Source of the DNA: Trichoplax adhaerens
Lineage: Eukaryota; Animalia; Placozoa
Length of the DNA: 32,215 nucleotides
Direction: 5' to 3'
NCBI RefSeq assembly: GCF_000150275.1
Contig: NW_002060955.1
Location: 1,885,503 to 1,917,717, forward strand
This document shows, one piece after another, positions 23,701-29,410 of the stretch (position 1 is the stretch's first letter; every line of letters begins with the position of its first letter). The position numbers were made by a program, and so were the translations under genes. A model generated the notes under the pieces. That model had not been told where the DNA came from, ran no database searches, and saw nothing but the letters and a program-made list of their open reading frames with translations.

Positions 23701-26700
23701 TAACTATTAATTCAGTATGTATATATGTGTCTCTGTCATAAAAAGTCAGAGCTATATTAAAATACAGTATATCTAAATTAGAATTTAAGTAAATAAGGAT
23801 AGGCTAACAGAATTATCCTAACCTAGATGTTTCTACTCTAATAAAGTATATAACACTGTCACAGAGTGACTTACAGTTGCTTTAGACTTTTTAGGCAATT
23901 AAAAGATCCACTTTCAATAACTTGCAATCGGTTAGCTTCTAAAGACCTTTTGACAGAGAACATGATGGTATAATAGAAGTTATTGTTACCGTTTTTCATT
24001 AGTAACCTCCAAAAATCGAAAACCTTACAAATTGGTTAGATGTGATAATCCACAGAATGCATCAGTTTCAATGACTTCAATGAGGCTGCTAGTAATGTTC
24101 CTGAGACGCAATTAAAGTTAAGGGTGGCATTGTAAGACTTTCTTTGCTTAATATCTGTTATGTAAGTAGCAGAAATAAACTATAATTCTTGAATTGTAAT
24201 CTATCATTTTATAATTTGATAATGAAAGTAATCAATTCATTACATCTATGCCTTTCTGCTTCTATGATTCAAGATTTGCATTCACCTGTTATTTATTGTC
24301 AGTACAATATATATTTACTGTAGATGTTGCGACTCGAGTTTTGATTATTTGAAACGGTGATAAAATCTTTACTCCGATATACGTTGCCGTACTGTTATAA
24401 AGGCGAGTTACTGGTATTTGCTATTATTTGCACTAAAGTAATATCCTACGACCAATCAATAAATTCAATCCCGCAAACTGGATCAGAGAAAGGTTCTATT
24501 AAAATAGATTTACCTTGCAGTTAAAATACCATTACTACTCTATTTGTGAGATAAGTCATTTTACACGTATTGGCTAGCGCTGAAATTGGTGGTAATAATA
24601 TGTTTCTCATGCTGTAGTACACTTAGTAATATTTGCTATTGTTATGAGCTAGATACTGCTTAGAATGTCGTAAATTTCTTCATATTTCGGCATTTTGCAA
24701 ATTGACTAGGCATTTCGCGAATTGACTAGGCATTTCGTGAATTGACTAGGCATTTCGCGAATTGACTGGATTTCGTACTTGGACGGTAACAATATTGTAG
24801 AGATCATTCATGTTATTTAAGATCCAATACGTCACGGAGCAGTAAGACTTATGATAGTGTTTGTAAATAAGATAGGATTATATTTTCGAAATAAATAACA
24901 TCGATAGATCTAATATGCTACTAAGTATACTAGATGTTGATTGTGTGAGTCATCTAGCCAAATTAGTATTGATTAATTTGATATTTTTTCTGAAACGTAC
25001 TCTTTTTGAACCTGCATTCATCAATTTAAATGAGTAAACTTGAAAATAGAAATTTTTGGTGAGGACGTAACTTCATGTAATTACTGCCTTGTGTTTGTTA
25101 AGTTAAAAAATAAATACACTGCCATATTTAACGTTAGGTTTCGATTGTGAGTAATGAGCACAAACTTCTAAATAATTTTGGCATAAACTACCATGAAATG
25201 CTCATTTAACGTTTTGACTGAAAGCATATTGGCGTAAATAAACGATTCAAGAAATTCCATTCAAAAAACATTTCCGTATCTTATATCAAAGTTTGATGAA
25301 TAGAATTCTGCCCTTTCAAAAAGAAGAATATGTTCTTACAGTTTAACATTGTTGATTAATTTAAAAAATAATCATTTATGACAGCATCTTAGGCAGATCC
25401 TATTACTGCAGCCTAGCTGATTCTTTAGGAACTAATCAGCGACGCAAACTACTCTGTGTGCTTCTAATAAAGTTACAAGATACTAATGAATTCTCTTGGC
25501 CTCTTTACGATGCAACGGTATGGGTAAAGAAGGCCATAGTGGTCTAAAACCTCCTTCTATCTTAAAACTTGGCGATAAGGTGTCACGGTACCTTTTTGCC
25601 GTGATGAGTTAGAAGTGTTATGGTGTTTGTTATAGATAGAAATTGAAGTATTATGGTGTTTGTTATTGATGGAAATTGATGTTTTATGATGTTTGTTAGT
25701 AAGGTGTTTTGATGATCAACTCTCCTTAGTTATTTTGTATGTATTCGAATAGGAGGATAGACTAGATAAATATAAATCTTGATGATGTGCAACCTTTGTG
25801 TTAGAGAGTTGTTTATGCTGACACGATTTGTAGTCGTGTTGTAAGATTATTACTGGATAGGAGGTTATGGTTGTGAGATCTCCTACGTGAGATTAATGTA
25901 AATAGTAAATATCTTAGAAATTATATAAAGGCTAACTATGATGCCATGTGGACGAGGAGAAAGGCATAGAAAAGAATAAACTGTAGTGATAGTTATCTGT
26001 TCAAAAGCCTACGCTCAACNNNNNNNNNNNNNNNNNNNNNNNNNNNNNNNNNNNNNNNNNNNNNNNNNNTTGTGTTGTTGATTATCCTATGTGAAGAAAG
26101 CTAAGCTATTAGGGTTAATAGGATGATCGATGGCACAAACTTCATTTAATGCTATATTTGAAGAACATGCGAATTGTAACAATGACGAGAAATATCGGAT
26201 GTATGGTTGAAATAAGTATTTAACAGTAGGTCTAGTGATGAAAATTTTACATCATTTCTCTTACGAATCTTAAAGATTTTCTAATATTCTTGAAAAAAAC
26301 TAGCGACTTTAATTATCACTTCATATAATGTAAAGTAGGTAAGCATTTTGGTGCTAGTTGATAACATTCTGGTAGATCGCATACTACTGGCTAACGTGAC
26401 TACTACTGCAGACTTCTGCACCAGCTACAGTAATATTGAACTTTCTTCTTTACAAACGAGTAGCATGGCAATAAACATATGCATCGATCGATGAACTAGT
26501 AGACAATTTTTGATTGCATATAATTATTAGAATTCTATTTTCTAGAGTATGTTTTGATCGTGCTAAAATACTGTCATCAGTAAATTGACGTTAGACATTG
26601 AGCAATCAAAAAACGGAAATTATTTGTTGGTGTAATACTAACAGTGAAGTCACATATCTAACGTCCGTGTAATTAATGTTGGGCAATTCAATTAAGTCAC

Positions 26701-26943
26701 TACTGGAGCAATTGATAGACAAAGTGCTGCAGTTACAAAAGCTTGGACAGCCGCTGCTTGTTTCTGTAGAGAAGGTAACAAATTTCTTAGGTTATTTAGC
26801 AAGTAAAATAAATAAATAGAATTGTAGCACTTGCTATCGATTACTATACCAGTAATTTCACAGCGACAAGTTACTAAAAGCCAAATAAAGGCTATAAAGT
26901 GGATACAAAGGATCCAATGTTTTAGATTGCTGTTGCTTTTCAT
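4607..26943 (-). CDS. Giant leucine-rich-repeat G protein-coupled receptor (LGR; RXFP/GRL101-like hinge and 7TM), 51 coding exons, ~1618 aa: signal peptide + LRRNT + 48 LRRs + hinge + rhodopsin-class 7TM
   Basis: Manual splicing with GT..AG boundaries. Exon lengths sum to 94+121+3471+1171=4857 nt with no in-frame stop. Nearly every internal exon encodes xLxxNxIxxLxxxxFxxLxxLxxL. The terminal exon has YFCC..C.P...DTLSSCQHLL, NLAISD, SIDRF, WVPYY and PINSALNPYLY. Confidence 0.92.
5888..5959 (-). CDS. LRR exon 48 DLRKNWLGEVSRESFYGPSKLVEI
   Basis: 72 bp, AG/GTAAGT. Confidence 0.9.
7111..7182 (-). CDS. LRR exon 47 DASRNKISTLQERCFRGLSSLQKL
   Basis: 72 bp, AG/GTAAGT. Confidence 0.9.
7284..7358 (-). 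CDS. LRR exon 46 NISGNIIEELCYQAIAKLFPNVREI
   Basis: 75 bp, AG/GTGAGT. Confidence 0.9.
7537..7608 (-). CDS. LRR exon 45 SLSNNKLEKIYSSLSIRYGNLKKL
   Basis: 72 bp, AG/GTAAGT. Confidence 0.9.
8044..8121 (-). CDS. LRR exon 44 SLDGNSICEFDMVDISNKDENILTDL
   Basis: 78 bp, AG/GTAAG. Confidence 0.88.
8233..8301 (-). CDS. LRR exon 43 HLNNCNISSIPQKAFAFDSLRIL
   Basis: 69 bp, AG/GTAAGT. Confidence 0.9.
9602..9682 (-). CDS. LRR exon 42 DVSENPITLDTLMKDLSDLVGPFLVGI
   Basis: 81 bp, AG/GTAAGT. Confidence 0.82.
9887..9952 (-). CDS. LRR exon 41 KLAGNEWNADIKEMAAITNLKL
   Basis: 66 bp, AG/GTACGT. Confidence 0.82.
10107..10190 (-). CDS. LRR exon 40 DMSYTRLIANGIDMKKDFLDKLNLINDL
   Basis: 84 bp, AG/GTAAG. Confidence 0.82.
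10285..10356 (-). CDS. LRR exon 39 ILAHNNIKRFDPDCDGLFFQIKKI
   Basis: 72 bp, AG/GTAAGT. Confidence 0.9.
10493..10558 (-). CDS. LRR exon 38 DLAKNKISNLTCSGLPPVLRSL
   Basis: 66 bp, AG/GTAAGT. Confidence 0.9.
11011..11079 (-). CDS. LRR exon 37 DLSDNEIKLSVQDDLGLTFLEKL
   Basis: 69 bp, AG/GTAAGT. Confidence 0.9.
11163..11234 (-). CDS. LRR exon 36 YLSNNGIESLQNKPFSRYRNLRIL
   Basis: 72 bp, AG/GTAAG. Confidence 0.9.
11302..11373 (-). CDS. LRR exon 35 NLNANRIEKITEIFNITLPYLSQL
   Basis: 72 bp, AG/GTAAG. Confidence 0.88.
11517..11585 (-). CDS. LRR exon 34 YLQNNQISNVNPILKGLQNLRIL
   Basis: 69 bp, AG/GTAAG. Confidence 0.9.
11676..11744 (-). CDS. LRR exon 33 YLDDNLISTLSENYFMNTKLTFL
   Basis: 69 bp, AG/GTAAG. 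Confidence 0.9.
11952..12023 (-). CDS. LRR exon 32 SLASNRIHRVNSNDFKNLRSLEEL
   Basis: 72 bp, AG/GTAAGT. Confidence 0.9.
12530..12595 (-). CDS. LRR exon 31 ILQNNKLQKLDFIGKLSQLVIL
   Basis: 66 bp, AG/GTAAGT. Confidence 0.9.
12783..12854 (-). CDS. LRR exon 30 NISSNMLSNIDTKALEPLSELQSL
   Basis: 72 bp, AG/GTAAGT. Confidence 0.9.
12999..13082 (-). CDS. LRR exon 29 DLTSNRYSNIKSVKDSFIMSNYSNLQSL
   Basis: 84 bp, AG/GTAAGT. Confidence 0.88.
13216..13287 (-). CDS. LRR exon 28 NLSYNKFHESKPLNFSTLLNLAHL
   Basis: 72 bp, AG/GTAAGT. Confidence 0.9.
13470..13532 (-). CDS. LRR exon 27 DLTNNYISEIRYLDFADCRTL
   Basis: 63 bp, AG/GTAAGT. Confidence 0.85.
13815..13901 (-). CDS. Atypical LRR exon 26 GLSRSYPLRLNVHNGSVERSRNSPVIKTL
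   Basis: 87 bp, AG/GTAAGT, open in phase 2-2 but degenerate LRR consensus. Confidence 0.7.
14045..14116 (-). CDS. LRR exon 25 QLSGNPIRNFPEFQLPNVASMEFL
   Basis: 72 bp, AG/GTATG. Confidence 0.88.
14300..14371 (-). CDS. LRR exon 24 RLQTNAISHIDENTFTGLNKLQLL
   Basis: 72 bp, AG/GTGAGT. Confidence 0.9.
15016..15087 (-). CDS. LRR exon 23 NLNENEIPRLNAGQFKHLINLKAL
   Basis: 72 bp, AG/GTAAG. Confidence 0.9.
15171..15242 (-). CDS. LRR exon 22 DLTDNKLKRFSSTIFSPLVNLQDL
   Basis: 72 bp, AG/GTAAGT. Confidence 0.9.
15562..15633 (-). CDS. LRR exon 21 RLAFNSISSINDTAFEDLYNLTTL
   Basis: 72 bp, AG/GTAAGT. Confidence 0.9.
15816..15887 (-). CDS. LRR exon 20 TIINVRLNSLDAYQFSGLISLRHL
   Basis: 72 bp, AG/GTAAT. Confidence 0.85.
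16152..16223 (-). CDS. LRR exon 19 VMNNNNISNLPTKLFKSMKVTLTL
   Basis: 72 bp, AG/GTAAGT. Confidence 0.88.
16447..16518 (-). CDS. LRR exon 18 YLNSNNIDSVAPTTFQNLTSIEIL
   Basis: 72 bp, AG/GTACGT. Confidence 0.9.
16616..16684 (-). CDS. LRR exon 17 RLDRNNLSHVHPQTLCAPSLLRV
   Basis: 69 bp, AG/GTAAG. Confidence 0.88.
17228..17299 (-). CDS. LRR exon 16 RASLNKLVSIEDGTFCDFRHLETL
   Basis: 72 bp, AG/GTAAGT. Confidence 0.9.
17562..17633 (-). CDS. LRR exon 15 SLSGNDLTHIQRDHVNGLTNLQEL
   Basis: 72 bp, AG/GTAAGT; equals the C-terminal end of ORF 17558..17824. Confidence 0.9.
17844..17915 (-). CDS. LRR exon 14 ELADNKIRIIENGSFTKLKNLVFL
   Basis: 72 bp, AG/GTGAGT. Confidence 0.9.
18568..18639 (-). CDS. LRR exon 13 SVISNQITNIDEDTFKPTNKLAKL
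   Basis: 72 bp, AG/GTATG. Confidence 0.88.
19053..19124 (-). CDS. LRR exon 12 DLNDNKLPKLSNGSLACLSRLTEL
   Basis: 72 bp, AG/GTAAG. Confidence 0.9.
20078..20149 (-). CDS. LRR exon 11 SIHNNDIEFIEIETFCSMPYLEKL
   Basis: 72 bp, AG/GTAAGT. Confidence 0.9.
20595..20666 (-). CDS. LRR exon 10 QLFQNKIKKLERYTFACTSNLRNI
   Basis: 72 bp, AG/GTAAG. Confidence 0.9.
20778..20849 (-). CDS. LRR exon 9 KLEQNSITYVEPYSFCGMPKVWEL
   Basis: 72 bp, AG/GTAAGT. Confidence 0.9.
21366..21437 (-). CDS. LRR exon 8 DIAGNHLKIVRRSAFVGLPSVEHL
   Basis: 72 bp, AG/GTAAG. Confidence 0.9.
21682..21753 (-). CDS. LRR exon 7 YLEYNVIEDIEPNSFRNLTKLRML
   Basis: 72 bp, AG/GTAAGT. Confidence 0.9.
21917..21988 (-). CDS. LRR exon 6 NLKGNRLKVVKNESLACLSSLEDI
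   Basis: 72 bp, AG acceptor, weak GTTTGT donor. Confidence 0.85.
22211..22282 (-). CDS. LRR exon 5 RLKHNAISTIETNSLCGLESLVRL
   Basis: 72 bp, AG/GTAAGT. Confidence 0.9.
22572..22643 (-). CDS. LRR exon 4 ILDNNRLKTMSEGDFGCLLNLESL
   Basis: 72 bp, AG/GTAAGT. Confidence 0.9.
22755..22826 (-). CDS. LRR exon 3 TLRSNALTHIQPKAFCMLQNLQHL
   Basis: 72 bp, AG/GTAAGT. Confidence 0.9.
23380..23863 (-). repeat. Dispersed repeat copy B, in the intron after LRR exon 2
   Basis: Reverse-complement homology to 171-620 with a different internal insertion. Confidence 0.88.
23875..23946 (-). CDS. LRR exon 2 SLEANRLQVIESGSFNCLKSLKQL
   Basis: 72 bp, AG/GTAAGT. Confidence 0.9.
24029..24100 (-). CDS. LRR exon 1 NITSSLIEVIETDAFCGLSHLTNL
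   Basis: 72 bp, AG/GTAAG, phase 2-2. Confidence 0.9.
24689..24768 (+). repeat. 20-bp tandem repeat (GGCATTTCGCGAATTGACTA) x4
   Basis: Directly visible near-identical units without spacers. Confidence 0.92.
25612..25697 (+). repeat. 33-bp minisatellite (gaagtgttatggtgtttgttatagatagaaatt) x~2.6
   Basis: Directly visible diverged tandem units. Confidence 0.8.
26020..26069. other. Assembly gap (50 N) in the intron between the LRRNT exon and LRR exon 1
   Basis: Run of n characters. Confidence 0.99.
26643..26763 (-). CDS. Coding exon 2: LRR N-terminal cap ETSSGCPSFCNCSTLSINCSSSDLIELPNINYTDVRYVTSL
   Basis: CPxxCxC...C....L..LP LRRNT motif; ctctacAG acceptor; phase 1 in, phase 2 out (GTTAGT), matching both neighbours. 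Confidence 0.9.
26850..26943 (-). CDS. Coding exon 1: signal peptide MKSNSNLKHWILCIHFIAFIWLLVTCRCEIT
   Basis: ATG at 26943, basic n-region, hydrophobic h-region, phase-1 GTATAG donor. A polypyrimidine tract and AG acceptor at 27002-27003 imply the exon starts at 27001. Confidence 0.85.
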
Positions 26944-27059
26944 GTCCGATATTAATGATGCCAATGATTAATTTTTATAATGTAATTAAAAGAATGTCAA
27001 CCTAATCAAAAAGATTAAGAAGAAGAAGGTTTACAAATTTAAGAAAGCATCTTTGAAAG

Positions 27060-27320
27060 TATTTTAACAAGAAAGAGAAAGCAACCTCATCGCTATAGTG
27101 TTAAAGTTGATTACTTAAAATTTGTGGGTGTTCTTTTGAGCTGTCATTTAGCTACCGCATATTAATTAATTTACCTCACCGTAGTCAAAAGGATTAAGTT
27201 GAAGCTTCATGAATTAAAATTAAACATTTAGTAATATTTTTACAAGAAAGGCTAAGCAATCTCATGGCTATAGTGTTTAAGTTGAATGCTAAAACTTATA
27301 GTTATTCTTGTAAGTTGTCA
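27060..27320 (+). repeat. Diverged ~87-bp direct duplication (27060-27146 and 27235-27320)
   Basis: tatttt.acaagaaag...aagcaa.ctcat.gctatagtgtt.aagttga...ttctt...ag.tgtca occurs twice. Confidence 0.8.
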
Positions 27321-27649
27321 CCGCGGATATGGAGCCCATGATTTGGTAATGTTTTCGGATTAGTTAATCGCAAATAATTTGATTATCACTTTTCTCAGTT
27401 GATTTTAGTAGATATTCCTTACGTCTGCTAATTATGTCATCTTCCCACGACAAGCTTAATTTTGCGTTACATTCAGAGTAGGACTATTGTCATTCCTTGT
27501 GGATATGAAATGATCAAGGAGCTTTTTTGTCACGGTATGAACCACCGTGAAGAGTAAATGACTAAATTTAGTGTTTAACATTTATACATGGAAATAAATA
27601 GAAATGACTTACAGTAAGAACTACAGTAGTTATTATTTAGTTACAGTAA

Positions 27650-28450
27650 ATTATATTGTATTGTAGTAAGAGTTCTCAGAAGGTAATTAACATTAATTGA
27701 TGATAGTGTTATGTCTTGTAACGCTTGTGATGAAGATCCTGAAGATATTCAGTTATAGATGATACTATAAATAATTCTGTGTGTGGGCATACTGTAGTCT
27801 AATTATCTAGAATCGTTCAGTAAAAGTCCAAAATTATGAATAATGTCTGTATTAATTTAGCTATCCAATATGAGCTAAAAATCGTGAACTGTTATGACTC
27901 ATACATGATGGCGCTGTCGAAAGGTATTTAAGCTCGGCAAATAGTTGAATAAAAGAAGAGTTTTATAGATGATTGTAATGTAACTTAGTATTGTGATTGT
28001 AGACTGTTAGCCATGTTTAGTATAATGTACGGCAGATATTTATCCTAAGAGATATTTGGTAGCTATAACTATAGACTGTAGTGGTAGAGACTCTATGCTA
28101 GAGTACAGACGGCTATATACAGTAAGCTGTTGAGTTACTAATAAGGCTATAGGTAAAAATAGAACTGTAAATCATATATTAGGATATGGTTAATTGATTG
28201 TACTTTGGCTAGTGTGAATGATGTCTACGTAAGTACTGTAGTCGTATCCATATTGGATTAATGATGGTCCGCAGTAGAATAGTCTTACTAGGAATAATTT
28301 AACTATGTGTAAAATAAGGTAAAAGGTTGCTATGCGGATTGTGGCTGCGAATGCTACGGAAAGTATAAAAGCATACAACTTTAGATTATTCTGTTAGTTC
28401 GTAGTAGAAGTCTTTAGTAGTAGTATTCGGCTAGAGTAGAGCTGTGTGTA
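27650..28450 (-). mobile_element. Possible highly decayed Penelope-like retroelement RT fragment
   Basis: ORF 28190..28378 has RIATFYLILHIVKLFLVRLFYCG..STYVD, resembling the recalled PLE motif RIPxFYLLPKIHKxxxPGRPIVSxCG..SxYVD. Judged by eye only. Confidence 0.35.
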
Positions 28451-28602
28451 GTTAATCTTTGTATAAGATTCAATAAAGCCCTTAATTTTCTGAAATTTGG
28501 AATCTCGTGATTGGTATATATCATAATGATGTAACGTAGAAGCAAAGGTGTCTAAATTCTTTTGAGGTAGTTAAGGGATACTGAATCTCAGAGACTATAG
28601 TA

Positions 28603-28630
28603 ATTTAGAGATTTAGAGATTTAGAGATTT
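28603..28630 (+). repeat. (ATTTAGAG)x3.5 microsatellite
   Basis: Directly visible. Confidence 0.85.
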
Positions 28631-29242
28631 GTTTTACGTATATATCGAAGAAAATACAATTCGAAATTAGGTAATAATCAAGTGTGAATACACTACTGTA
28701 AATAAATGGATAAAAGCTCCTATAGTAACTGTATTTATACAGGTGGTCTTAAGCCAATTAAATTTTTTGTTGTATCTTCTAGACATGCAGGCAGCTTATT
28801 CTGGTGTAGTAATGTTAATATCTGCGGTAATATCAAATATAGTCAAGTCCGAAATGAAATGATTGATAAGTAATAAAATTCGCAGCTAAAAAACGCTTAT
28901 AACTTCTAGTCTTCAAAAGGCTTATTACATCGAATAAAATGGGCAGTGAAATCAGAAGACTTCCAAAGAGATCTGTCTCGCGAGTTAAACTTCAATTTGT
29001 ATTGCTTAGATTAATCTATGAACACGTTCAAGCTTAGAATATGCAGTTAATATTGCATTTTACTATTGGTTAACCATGCCTATAGTAAGAACTACACGTT
29101 TAAGTTTCGGATATACTTGAACAAAACGCTATTTCGAACCAGTTTGATTCGAGGAAGAAAACGTTCTTCTTTGCGTCACTTAAAGTATTCTAACTTTATG
29201 AACTTATATTGAGAAATATAAAAAATTATAAGCTAGACTTAC

Positions 29243-29375
29243 AATAACACTGACAGCATAGAGAAATTGCAGGAGCAGAAGTTCCAACGGTGACCAATCT
29301 AACTGCAGAGGAACAATTTGACTAGCTAGCTGTTAGTTTCGGAATGATGATCTTGTATTCTCTTGCAATCTTGTA
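29243..29375 (-). other. Probable non-coding first exon (5' UTR) of the LGR gene
   Basis: Relatively GC-rich segment downstream of the TATA box ending in a GTAAGT donor; the start position is approximate. Confidence 0.45.
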
Positions 29376-29388
29376 CTTCCTGTTCAAG

Positions 29389-29410
29389 CGACGTCAGCAT
29401 CTTTTATAGG
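29389..29410 (-). promoter_or_regulatory. Candidate core promoter of the LGR gene: TATA box CCTATAAAAG followed by CRE-like TGACGTCG
   Basis: Canonical TATAAAAG on the minus strand, about 160 bp upstream of a GTAAGT donor at 29242. A strong acceptor at 27002 upstream of the ATG needs such a partner. Confidence 0.5.

Noticed and set aside
24280-24612. Possible extra N-terminal exons upstream of LRR1
   Set aside because: The longer frames tried hit stops, the short candidates have no recognisable motif, and the LRRNT exon at 26643-26763 already joins LRR1 in phase.
24689-24768. CRISPR-like repeat array
   Set aside because: No unique spacers, no cas genes, eukaryotic intron context.
26692-26964. 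90-aa ORF as a standalone small membrane protein
   Set aside because: It is the signal-peptide exon read through an 86-bp intron into the wrong frame of the LRRNT exon.
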